Origin: Pseudobdellovibrionaceae bacterium
GTDB lineage: Bacteria > Bdellovibrionota > Bdellovibrionia > Bdellovibrionales > Bdellovibrionaceae
DNA: 64,000 bases
NCBI GenBank assembly: GCA_044359815.1
Contig: JBIKLL010000006.1
Span: forward strand, 11,034-75,033
Direction of reading: 5' to 3'
The number at the start of each line of letters is the position of its first letter. Position 1 is the first letter of the stretch. A program made the position numbers and the translations under genes. Shown here one piece after another: positions 46,788-55,863 of the stretch. The notes below the pieces were generated by a model that had not been told where the DNA came from, did not search any database, and worked only from the letters and a program-made list of their open reading frames with translations.

Positions 46788-48737
46788 TCACGGTTGCGCT
46801 TGCAGAGCGCGCAAAACTTCCTTGGCTTCATCACTGGGGCTTGCTTGCAATGCTTTGATCACTTCAGGGTGTGTGGGTTTCATATTAATCAACGCTAAGC
46901 TTGCTTGCCAACGATCTACATCGTCTTGATGCTTTAAGTGTGCAACCAATGCCAGACTGATTCTGAAGTCTTGATTTCTGATACTAGCCAACGCCCTGAC
47001 AGCATAATAGCGAACATTATGGTCTTGATCCTTTAAGAGTTCAACCAATGCCAGACTGATCCTGATGTCTTGATTTCCAATTTCACCAAGCGCTCTGGCT
47101 GCGGCTTCGCGATCAGAGCTGTCTTCATCATTTAAAGCTTCAACCAAAGCCAGACTAATTCTGATATCTTGATGTTTGATTTTACCAAGTGCTCCGGCTG
47201 CGTCCTTGCGAAAATAGCTGTTTTGATCTTTTAAGGCTTCCACTAAAGCTAGGCTGACCCTTATGTCTGAAGGTTTGATTTCACCAAGCGCATATTCTGC
47301 AAGATAACGAACGAAGATGTCTTGATCTTTTATCGTTTCGACCAAAGCCAGACTAATTCTGATATCTTGATGTTTGATTTTACCAAGTGCTCCGGCTGCG
47401 TCCTTGCGAAAATAGCTGTTTTGATCTTTTAAATATTTGGCAAGCTCCAGATTGACTGCAAGTATCTGAACTTTTAAGCAACCAATTGCGGCTATAGTCT
47501 CTACAGTCCATTTTTCTTTTGGCAATTGCGACAGCTCCAAATCTGCCTGAACATCCATGGAACAAACGCGATCTTTCTGCTCCAAAGTTAAATTGTTTTT
47601 AAAAATGTCACCCAACTGTTCGATTGCGAATTCCTGATACTGAGCTTTATTCATCCAGCCCATCATCCTAGCAAAATCTGCGACCTTAAATTGGATGCTC
47701 ATCAGGCCATCAATGGGTGTATCGATAAATTCTAAAGATTTTTGTTTAAAATTTTGATTATTTTGCAATATTGAAATCTGTTGCTGGATATTGGGCTCCA
47801 ATCCAAATGGAGTGTTGGATCTAAACACATCACGGATAAATAAATTAATATTAGGAACGATTGCTAATGGATTGCTGCTGGTGCTGACAACTTGGTTGAT
47901 CCACTGAAGCTTTTGGGCTGGGGTTCTGGTTTTTGATTGCAGCACACAAATCGGATTTTCTTTTTGCTGGATTTCCAAGGCTTGAGTGTAAACAGTGTTT
48001 CGTAAAGCTGATGCTAAATTTTGATTGAGCCCCGTTAGTTGTAAATGCTGCAGGTAATTGGGTACTGATCTAAAGTAATTGTTTAAAAGCGGCTCGACAT
48101 TTCTACCTGAAGGCGCGCTGCCATCAAATCCGTAAACTCGGGTCTGTGGATTATCAAACACCCTGCGCATGCGATCATGAAAGCTTGATCCAAAGGGCGA
48201 CAACAAAAACGCGGCCGTTTGTTCGGCCTGGGATCTGGTCATGTCGTGTTCCATGTAAACTTGGACAAGCTCCTGCAATGATCGGCGTTCTTTGTTTTTT
48301 CCGGCCAAGGTGTTGCAGCCAAATAAAAACACTTCTTTGGGGTGTTTGAAAATACCTTTGTAATCTTCGTTACAGCTAGCGGCTTCCAGTTGCTCCAGCG
48401 ATAAACGACCTTTATCACCAAAAAAGCTGCCACCAAAATGACCCGATATTAATAAAATATCACATTTAATATTTTTACCTTTAAGGTCTTCTAGCCAGTT
48501 TGACTTATCAGAAAATAATTCGACGTGATTGAAATTTGGCAAATGCTCGGCAAATGTTTGCTTTTCTTCTTCAGAGTTCAGCGTGATCGAACACACCGTA
48601 GGCTTGCTGGGATCAGAGGTCAGCGCCGGATTGCTTTGGGCGAATGCAGCCGGAGTGACGACAACCACCAATAGCGCAAAAACCTGGTTTGCAACCGAAA
48701 AGCCAATAATGGGCAACCATGAAAAAGTCTTAGACAT
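46788..48737 (-). CDS. Secreted protein with N-terminal His/Cys domain and C-terminal HEAT repeats
   Basis: AFA signal; ISGHFGG and LFGCNT; 33-aa repeats LKDQ...R..AA.ALG.I; AGGAG RBS before ATG 48737. Confidence 0.8.
   Translation of the reverse strand: MSKTFSWLPIIGFSVANQVFALLVVVVTPAAFAQSNPALTSDPSKPTVCSITLNSEEEKQTFAEHLPNFNHVELFSDKSNWLEDLKGKNIKCDILLISGHFGGSFFGDKGRLSLEQLEAASCNEDYKGIFKHPKEVFLFGCNTLAGKNKERRSLQELVQVYMEHDMTRSQAEQTAAFLLSPFGSSFHDRMRRVFDNPQTRVYGFDGSAPSGRNVEPLLNNYFRSVPNYLQHLQLTGLNQNLASALRNTVYTQALEIQQKENPICVLQSKTRTPAQKLQWINQVVSTSSNPLAIVPNINLFIRDVFRSNTPFGLEPNIQQQISILQNNQNFKQKSLEFIDTPIDGLMSIQFKVADFARMMGWMNKAQYQEFAIEQLGDIFKNNLTLEQKDRVCSMDVQADLELSQLPKEKWTVETIAAIGCLKVQILAVNLELAKYLKDQNSYFRKDAAGALGKIKHQDIRISLALVETIKDQDIFVRYLAEYALGEIKPSDIRVSLALVEALKDQNSYFRKDAAGALGKIKHQDIRISLALVEALNDEDSSDREAAARALGEIGNQDIRISLALVELLKDQDHNVRYYAVRALASIRNQDFRISLALVAHLKHQDDVDRWQASLALINMKPTHPEVIKALQASPSDEAKEVLRALQAQP
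47143..47432. repeat. 92-bp exact direct repeat, 198 bp apart, within HEAT repeats
   Basis: 47143-47234 is identical to 47341-47432. Confidence 0.88.
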
Positions 48738-48884
48738 AAAGTCTCCTGCTAAAGCCAATAGGTTGGCTGTTCAGATCTGTATAATCAGATTTTGCAGCTA
48801 TTATGCCACGCTGGGACAGTGGTTGATTGGATTGAATTTAAGCTTTTTATCGAACAAAATATTGCAAACAGATCGGAGTTTTCA

Positions 48885-49196
48885 ATGAATCAAATTTTAA
48901 AAATATTTTTAGTCACTGTTACATCAGTTGCGGGATTAGTTTTTGTTGTTGGTTGCTCATCACACCCCGTGCTGCCACAAACAAAAGACATCAAAGTCAG
49001 TCGCGACAACCCATCAAAAAGCTGCCAGGATTTGGGACTTGTTGAAGGCCGTACTCTGACAAATTCTGGATCCACCGAGGAAGCTCTAGAGGACATGAAA
49101 AAAGACGCCGTTAAAAAAGGCGCAAACTACATCAAAATGGAAACCATGGGCGCCATGGGAACTTCAGTCCGAGGCACCGCTTATTTCTGTAATTGA
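48885..49196 (+). CDS. Small lipoprotein (DUF4156-like)
   Basis: VVGC lipobox; C..LG.VEG...A...GANY...G.AY.C. Confidence 0.72.
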   Translation: MNQILKIFLVTVTSVAGLVFVVGCSSHPVLPQTKDIKVSRDNPSKSCQDLGLVEGRTLTNSGSTEEALEDMKKDAVKKGANYIKMETMGAMGTSVRGTAYFCN

Positions 49197-49220
49197 TTTT
49201 TAAACTTTAAAAATTGTTAC

Positions 49221-50663
49221 CTAAGGCCCAAGCTTCAGCGTTGGGCTTAATGAAAAAAATCTGACATTTACTTTGCGAAAATTATTGCTCATGGGATCGG
49301 TCAATCCGTCGGCACCCACAGCACCTGACAGATTTCTTTTGCTAGGGTCCATAGCTCCGCCTGGTAAAAACTGTTTCAGATTTGCCAGCTTGGTAAAATT
49401 CCCTGTACCGGCACCGCCTGCACGGCCTTCGCCAGAACCTGGTGATTTGCCACCGCCGCCTCCGCCGCCGCCACCACCGTAACCAAAACCTTTGTTGATT
49501 GCTGTATTAAATGAACCTGATCCACCGCCACCGCCGGCTCTGGCTCCACCCTGTCCCGCACTGGAATCCAAGCCACCACCACCACGGCCGCCCTGTCCAC
49601 GATTCAGTCCCGCACCACTGTCCCCAGTACCCGTGTTACTGGATTCCAAAGCGACTCCGAAATCCTGCACGTCACCGATTTCGGGTGAACCAACATTATT
49701 GCCCGCTCCATCCAAACCTTGGCCCGATGGATTGCTTAAACTGTTGTTAACAAGGTTATTAAATTTTCCGCCGCATCTGGGATCGCGGCTGTTTTTAGAA
49801 CAAACGCAGACTAAATTATTTTGTGCTTGATTGGGATCACTGCAATCCGTTGGAGTGTTGCCTTTGCAAAGTGGATTTGATGGATCGCTTTTGCAGATTT
49901 CTGCCAATGGATCATTGGCAGTTAGTTTTTGACATTCCTGCGCGTTTTTCAAGGCACCCACTGTGTTCATGATATTGGCTGAGGTCGATGACAAATAACC
50001 CTGCAAAACACCACACTGACGCTGCACGGGTCGCAGTCTTTCCCGAGCTGCTTCCGTAAAGGCCACATTGTCAGCGTAGCTGGCACGTTCTAAATATCTG
50101 ATATTATCATGAGCATCACCGCAGGCACTGCTGCAGGATAAATAGCCGGCAGAACATTGACCGTTAAAAACACCTAAGGCCGCGTTGGCCATGGCTGCGA
50201 TTTTTCCCATTGATGAACATGCAAAATTAATATCACCAGCGGCTTGTGCTCCCATTTGAATCACCAGGGCATTGGCCATTTGCCGCCAATCGATCAAGCC
50301 TTTGTCTTTGTTTTCGTTACAACCATCGCTGGCATCAACTGTTTCCTTTTCGCATTTTTCGATCTGAGTTTGAATGCTTTTTTGAAACTGAGCCAACTCG
50401 GGATTGGTAGCCGAAATCGGCAAAGGCTTGCCCCTTTGAACACTGTCAACTGCGTCTTTAAAACTATCTTCAGATAGAGCATCAAAAGCGGTGGAGCTTT
50501 GCTGAGTCGAAGAATCTGAAGTTCTATTTATCACATTTCTGGGAGCTCCCTGTGTCTGACCTGAATCTGCCTGTGCCACCAAAACTGAACCGAAAAAAAT
50601 CACCGACACCGATGACAGGCAAACCATAGCTTTTTTGAAACTTGTTTTCAGATTAAAATTCAC
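49221..50663 (-). CDS. Secreted Cys-rich protein with Gly-rich low-complexity tail
   Basis: Signal peptide; many paired Cys; poly-Gly region; GTG start at 50663 with GGGGGA SD (ORF open to 50678). Confidence 0.75.
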   Translation of the reverse strand: MNFNLKTSFKKAMVCLSSVSVIFFGSVLVAQADSGQTQGAPRNVINRTSDSSTQQSSTAFDALSEDSFKDAVDSVQRGKPLPISATNPELAQFQKSIQTQIEKCEKETVDASDGCNENKDKGLIDWRQMANALVIQMGAQAAGDINFACSSMGKIAAMANAALGVFNGQCSAGYLSCSSACGDAHDNIRYLERASYADNVAFTEAARERLRPVQRQCGVLQGYLSSTSANIMNTVGALKNAQECQKLTANDPLAEICKSDPSNPLCKGNTPTDCSDPNQAQNNLVCVCSKNSRDPRCGGKFNNLVNNSLSNPSGQGLDGAGNNVGSPEIGDVQDFGVALESSNTGTGDSGAGLNRGQGGRGGGGLDSSAGQGGARAGGGGGSGSFNTAINKGFGYGGGGGGGGGGKSPGSGEGRAGGAGTGNFTKLANLKQFLPGGAMDPSKRNLSGAVGADGLTDPMSNNFRKVNVRFFSLSPTLKLGP

Positions 50664-50683
50664 CAGTCCCCCATGCATTAATC

Positions 50684-50710
50684 TTATCGGTAAATGGGCA
50701 ACAATCTCGA
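50684..50710 (-). promoter_or_regulatory. sigma28-like promoter
   Basis: Minus strand TCGA-N15-ACCGATAA. Confidence 0.5.
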
Positions 50711-50792
50711 CACTATAGGCTGAGAATCTTGTCTAAAGGCGTTTGTTTTAATTTGATACTTTTTGGTGTTTCATTTTGATACAGTAATCCCT

Positions 50793-52313
50793 ATGCCTAC
50801 GGAATACCTGCGAAATATTAAGTCAATCGAAACCCTTCAACAAATCATCGAACTGATGCCAGTCGCAGTGTTTGCCAAAGACCCCAATGATAATTTTAAA
50901 TTTGTAATCTGGAACCAGGCCGCCTGTGATTTATGGAATCTGAAGGCATCAGATGTACTTGAAAAAACAGACTATGATTTATTTCCCAAGCAGCAGGCCG
51001 AATTTTTCAGAATGAAGGATATTGAAACTATCGCAGGTAAAAAAATCGTTTTTATCAGCGAAGAATTGGCATCATCCAACTCTGATAAAGAATGCTGGGT
51101 GCGAACTTGGAAGCAGCCCTTGTTTGATTCCAATGGCAAACCCCAATTGTTATTGGGAATCTGCCAAGACATCACGGCGCTTAAAAAATCTCAGTCGGAA
51201 AGTGAATCCTTCGAAAATCAAATTCAGAAAATTTCCCAAAATGCTCCCGGAATTTTGTACCAATTCAGGTTGCATCCAGACGGTAAAAAATTTGATTTTA
51301 CTTATATCAGCGCCAGGTCCATGGATTTGTTAGGTATCAATTCCAATGATGTGGTCAACGACGCAATGGTCATGATTGATCTGATTCATCCAGATGACAA
51401 AAAAGAATTTGAGGAAAAATTGCTCAGAACTCTGGCCAACAAAATTGACTACGATTGGACAGGCAGATTTGTTTTAAAAAATGGATCAATCAAGCACATG
51501 AGGGCCCTGTCAACGCCCACCCCGCAGCCCGATGGATCCTGTCTGTGGGATGGCATTATCACTGATATTACCAGCTTACGTGAAAGCGAAAACGTAATCA
51601 TAGATTTGCATAACAAAATCAATCATTCTTCCAGACTGGCCGAACTGGGCGAACTGACTGGCGGCATCGCCCACGAAATCAATACACCTTTAGGAATCAT
51701 TTCACTGACAGTTGATTCGACCGAACGGTTTATGACTGAACACAAAATCAATGCACCTAAAATTTCAGACAATCTTAAGAAAATCAAAGAAACCTCATTT
51801 CGAATTGCTAAAATTATTTTAGCAATGAAGGGCTTTGTTAAAACCGAACCCCACAGTCGTCCTGCAGCGATTTCGTTGTCAAAAATTTTTGACGAAGTTT
51901 ATGCGATCATGGCATTTAGGCTTAATGGTACAAAAACAAAACTAATCAGCGACGAAATCAATCAAAGCCTGAATGTTTTGGGTAATCACATATTGCTGAC
52001 TCAGGTTTTTGTAAATTTATTAAACAATGCCATCGATGCCATCAAAGACAACCAGGACAAATGGATCAAAGTTTTGGTGCAGGAAACTGCGGACAAAAAA
52101 ATGATTCAAATCACAGTCAGTGATTCAGGGCTAGGCATCCCCACAGAGTTTCAATCCAGAATATTTGAGTCCCTGTTTACCACCAAGGTCAAAGAAGGCA
52201 CTGGATTGGGATTATCAATTTCTAAAAAAATCATGACTGATTTCAAAGGCGACTTGGTTTTGGACACTAACGCCAAAAACACCACCTTTATCGTCACCAT
52301 CCCCAAAGCTTAA
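50793..52313 (+). CDS. Cytoplasmic PAS-PAS sensor histidine kinase
   Basis: Two PAS/PAC domains; IAHEINTP, NLLNNAIDA, DSGLGI and GTGLGL; no TM segments. Confidence 0.92.
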   Translation: MPTEYLRNIKSIETLQQIIELMPVAVFAKDPNDNFKFVIWNQAACDLWNLKASDVLEKTDYDLFPKQQAEFFRMKDIETIAGKKIVFISEELASSNSDKECWVRTWKQPLFDSNGKPQLLLGICQDITALKKSQSESESFENQIQKISQNAPGILYQFRLHPDGKKFDFTYISARSMDLLGINSNDVVNDAMVMIDLIHPDDKKEFEEKLLRTLANKIDYDWTGRFVLKNGSIKHMRALSTPTPQPDGSCLWDGIITDITSLRESENVIIDLHNKINHSSRLAELGELTGGIAHEINTPLGIISLTVDSTERFMTEHKINAPKISDNLKKIKETSFRIAKIILAMKGFVKTEPHSRPAAISLSKIFDEVYAIMAFRLNGTKTKLISDEINQSLNVLGNHILLTQVFVNLLNNAIDAIKDNQDKWIKVLVQETADKKMIQITVSDSGLGIPTEFQSRIFESLFTTKVKEGTGLGLSISKKIMTDFKGDLVLDTNAKNTTFIVTIPKA

Positions 52314-53143
52314 GTACTGGTGATTTCGGATTGGCGAAAATGTTTTTTAACCAACGAGGCTTCAGAGATTTTCTGAAATTCCACTATCAGATGTCCGCCC
52401 AACAAAACGCTGGGATGAAAATTCAATGACAAAATCTGATTAAAAACTTCGGTCCTTTTTTGAAGCGCTATGTTTTTGTTTTTTCGCATGGATCGCAAAT
52501 AATTTCTGAGGCTCAGAAAAAACAAGACCGGAAAGGCAAATACACCAATCACAAAAGCGCTCCAATTGATTCGGGATGGATAAACCCTGACTAATTCAAA
52601 ACCAGCCAGCTTGGCCAGACATCGCAATTTCATAATTCCGATCGAAAAAATATGTCCAAAATAAACTCTGTCATCCCCTTTACCAAACCAAATGGATTCG
52701 ATTTCATTAGGTGGCAGCATCTTGGGGGTTTCAGCTTCAAACAACAAATAACTAAATCGTGATCTGAGGTTTGAATAATTAGGGGTTGTTACAAAAAACC
52801 TTCCCCCCGTTTTTAGCACTCGATTAAATTCTTGAAACACAAACAATTGATTGGGCACATGCTCAATGCCCTCTTGGCAAATGGCCACATCCATCTGTTG
52901 GTCATCCAGTGGAAAAGTCTTTTGCAAATCCGCACCCTGACATTTAACAAAATTTGGTTTAAAAAATTCCGGAAACATATCCATTGCCGAAATAAAGGCG
53001 CCTTTGTCATACAGATAATTGGCCGTATCCCCACTGCCCGCAGGAAAATCCAAAACTTTTTTGCCCCTCAGATCAAAATCAACAAGAGCTTTTTTAAAAA
53101 GATCTTTGATGTCCTTAGAGCCCCAAAAATAGATTTTCTTCAT
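52310..53143 (-). CDS. Class I SAM-dependent methyltransferase
   Basis: VLDFPAGSG, EGIEHV and RVLKTGG...TTPN. Confidence 0.85.
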   Translation of the reverse strand: MKKIYFWGSKDIKDLFKKALVDFDLRGKKVLDFPAGSGDTANYLYDKGAFISAMDMFPEFFKPNFVKCQGADLQKTFPLDDQQMDVAICQEGIEHVPNQLFVFQEFNRVLKTGGRFFVTTPNYSNLRSRFSYLLFEAETPKMLPPNEIESIWFGKGDDRVYFGHIFSIGIMKLRCLAKLAGFELVRVYPSRINWSAFVIGVFAFPVLFFLSLRNYLRSMRKNKNIALQKRTEVFNQILSLNFHPSVLLGGHLIVEFQKISEASLVKKHFRQSEITST

Positions 53144-53159
53144 TTACATTCCACAAAGC

Positions 53160-53184
53160 AAAAGGGGAACTGGTGTTCCCCTTA
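53160..53184 (-). terminator. Rho-independent terminator after recA
   Basis: Minus strand AAGGGGAAC-ACCA-GTTCCCCTT followed by T-rich sequence. Confidence 0.75.
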
Positions 53185-53210
53185 GTTATTAATTATCTGT
53201 TTTCTGATCC

Positions 53211-54386
53211 TCAGTCCTTGGAAGCTGGCTTTTTAGCCTTTGCTTCTGCCAGAGCTGATTTTTTGGTTTCCATTGTTACTTTAGGGATGTCTTTGACGAT
53301 GTTTTCATCCTCAACAGGATCCTTGGCTAACAACAGTTTTCCAATCCCTTTGGCTGCTAATAATTTATTTCTTAAGTCAGCCATAACTTCAGGACGCTCT
53401 TTCAAAAAGGTCTTACCTTGATCACGACCCTGACCAATGCGTTCGCCATTGTAACTGAACCATGAACCTGATTTTTCAACCAGATTGGCAGCCGTTGCTA
53501 AATCCAAAATATCACCCTCAGCCGAAATCCCCTGACTGTACATCAGATCAAATTCAACTTTGGTAAACGGAGGAGCCATTTTGTTTTTAACAATCTTAAC
53601 AGCTGTGCGGTTTCCAACAACTTCTTCACCGTCTTTCAGTGCGCCGACTCTGCGAACATCCATACGAACGCTTGAATAAAACTTCAATGCGTTTCCACCA
53701 GTTGTGGTTTCTGGATTTCCAAACATCACACCGATCTTCATACGGATCTGATTGATGAATATCACCAGGGTCTTTGATCGGTTAATAGCCGCTGTCAGTT
53801 TTCTGAGAGCCTGCGACATCAATCGCGCTTGCAATCCCATGTGACTGTCGCCCATTTCGCCTTCGATCTCAGCTCTTGGTACCAAGGCTGCTACCGAATC
53901 CACAACCAACACATCCAGAGCCCCTGATCTAACCAGAGTTTCTGTGATTTCCAAAGCCTGTTCTCCTGTGTCTGGTTGAGAAATCAATAAATCCTCGATG
54001 TTCACACCCAGTTTTTTGGCGTAGTTCACATCCAGTGCGTGTTCAGCATCAACAAAGGCAACCACTCCGCCTTTTTTTTGTGCCTGCGCAATCACCGATA
54101 AGGCGATTGTTGTTTTACCAGAAGACTCTGGTCCAAACACTTCTACTATTCTTCCGCGAGGCAGCCCGCCGATACCCAAGGCAATATCTAGCCCCAAGGA
54201 TCCCGTGCTGATGACCTCCACATCTTTGGTCAAAGAATCGTTAGCGCCCAATCGCATAATCGAACCTTTGCCAAATTGCTTTTCAATTGTTGAAAGAGCC
54301 AGATCTAAAGCCTTCGCCCTCTCTCCATTTGCAGCCATATTTTTGTTGGCATTTTTGTCTGTATTCTTCTCTGTCACTAGTGACAT
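53211..54386 (-). CDS. recA: Recombinase A
   Basis: [22 protein letters not shown] and GGNALKFY. Confidence 0.99.
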   Translation of the reverse strand: MSLVTEKNTDKNANKNMAANGERAKALDLALSTIEKQFGKGSIMRLGANDSLTKDVEVISTGSLGLDIALGIGGLPRGRIVEVFGPESSGKTTIALSVIAQAQKKGGVVAFVDAEHALDVNYAKKLGVNIEDLLISQPDTGEQALEITETLVRSGALDVLVVDSVAALVPRAEIEGEMGDSHMGLQARLMSQALRKLTAAINRSKTLVIFINQIRMKIGVMFGNPETTTGGNALKFYSSVRMDVRRVGALKDGEEVVGNRTAVKIVKNKMAPPFTKVEFDLMYSQGISAEGDILDLATAANLVEKSGSWFSYNGERIGQGRDQGKTFLKERPEVMADLRNKLLAAKGIGKLLLAKDPVEDENIVKDIPKVTMETKKSALAEAKAKKPASKD

Positions 54387-54441
54387 GTTAACTTCCTTTC
54401 CCGCAAAACCTTTGCGGCATTAAGACCTAGGGTCGCATCCT

Positions 54442-54918
54442 CTAGAGCCCAAGGCAGTTCAGTAAAAAGTCTGCCGCAAAATTGGCTGACTGTCTTTGTA
54501 TTTCTACACGAGATCCGGAAAAATTTTTCTTCTCGGATTTTTCAACGTTGGGCCCCGAAACCGCGAACCACACTGTCCCAACGGGTTTTTCGGGTGTTCC
54601 ACCCGTAGGCCCCGCCACCCCAGAAACCGAAACTGCCCAGTCACAGCTCAGTGACTTGCGAGCGCCTTTGGACATTTCCAGCACCACCGACTGACTGACG
54701 GCTCCGTCTGATTGAATCAGCGTTTCGCTGACTCCTAACAGTCCGACCTTGGCGGAATTAGCGTAGCTGACGATAGCCCCATGATAAACATCTGAAACAC
54801 CAGGGATTATCGTAATATTGTGTGACAGCAATCCGCCCGTGCAGCTTTCTGCAAATCCCAAGGTCTGTCCTTTTTCGCGCAATTTTTTAATTATTTTGTC
54901 AAAAACCGGATTGATCAT
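54442..54918 (-). CDS. cinA: CinA C-terminal domain / NMN deamidase
   Basis: AESCTGG, GAVS and GVAGPTGG..KPVGTVW. Confidence 0.9.
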   Translation of the reverse strand: MINPVFDKIIKKLREKGQTLGFAESCTGGLLSHNITIIPGVSDVYHGAIVSYANSAKVGLLGVSETLIQSDGAVSQSVVLEMSKGARKSLSCDWAVSVSGVAGPTGGTPEKPVGTVWFAVSGPNVEKSEKKNFSGSRVEIQRQSANFAADFLLNCLGL

Positions 54919-55382
54919 AGAAAGAAAGTCGTCTTAACCAAGATCAATTGCAGCAAAATATTTCCAATGATGCCAGCAGCCAAATCATCGGCCACAACGC
55001 CTATGCCGCCTTGGATCTTTTTATCCATATACGAAATCGGAAAGGGCTTTAAGATATCCAAAAATCTAAAAATCAAAAATCCGGCCAGCACTGTCTTCCA
55101 ATTAATGGGAAGCCACGTCATAGTCACAATAAATCCTACGACCTCATCAATCACAATTTCGCTTTGATCGTGCTCTTTGCTTTGCTGTTCGTAAATCTCG
55201 GCAGAAATAATCGCCAAAATCGCTATCACCAAAGCTAAAACCATATAAATGTAAAACTCAAACTGGCCCATCAAAATCACAATGGGTATAGTCGCTACCG
55301 TCGCGACAGTGCCCGGAGCTTTTGAAACTTTCCCCAGACCAAAGAAAGTCGCTGCCGATAAAAGAGTCTTTTGGAATATCAT
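54915..55382 (-). CDS. pgpA: Phosphatidylglycerophosphatase A
   Basis: APGT, IVIDEVVG, FRFLDILKPFPI and DDLAAG. Confidence 0.93.
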   Translation of the reverse strand: MIFQKTLLSAATFFGLGKVSKAPGTVATVATIPIVILMGQFEFYIYMVLALVIAILAIISAEIYEQQSKEHDQSEIVIDEVVGFIVTMTWLPINWKTVLAGFLIFRFLDILKPFPISYMDKKIQGGIGVVADDLAAGIIGNILLQLILVKTTFFL

Positions 55383-55425
55383 TTAAAAAGTGTTATTACA
55401 GAAGTAAACAAAGAGCAAAAAATTA

Positions 55426-55863
55426 ATGGATAAACTGCCAGCAACTACAAAAATCATGGACTACTTGGCCAGACGCGATCACTCTGAAAAAGAGCTTCGC
55501 AAAAAATTATCTGAATTTTACACGGCCGAAGAAATCCAAGAAGCCATTGAAATCGCCAAAGACAAAAAATGGTTGGCCAGCACTGATTCTGAGCTCTTAG
55601 CTTTTGCCGAGAAAGTCGCAGGAGCCCTTCACCGCAAAAAAAAGGGGATTATTTTTATTAATCACTATCTGCGGGAAAAGGGCTTACCCCCTGTAAAGCG
55701 CGATGAAGTCATTGAACTGGAAAAAGCAAAAAAACTGCTAAAGATTAAAAAATTTGAACTGCAAAAAGCTCGCGATAAGGCCAAAAGATTTTTGGCTTCT
55801 CGTGGATTTGATTTTGAAACCATAGGAAAAACCATAAAGGCTGCCAATGACATGGACATCTAA
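55426..55863 (+). CDS. recX: Regulatory protein RecX
   Basis: LARRDHSEKELRKKL, L..KGL and FL.SRGF. Confidence 0.88.
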   Translation: MDKLPATTKIMDYLARRDHSEKELRKKLSEFYTAEEIQEAIEIAKDKKWLASTDSELLAFAEKVAGALHRKKKGIIFINHYLREKGLPPVKRDEVIELEKAKKLLKIKKFELQKARDKAKRFLASRGFDFETIGKTIKAANDMDI

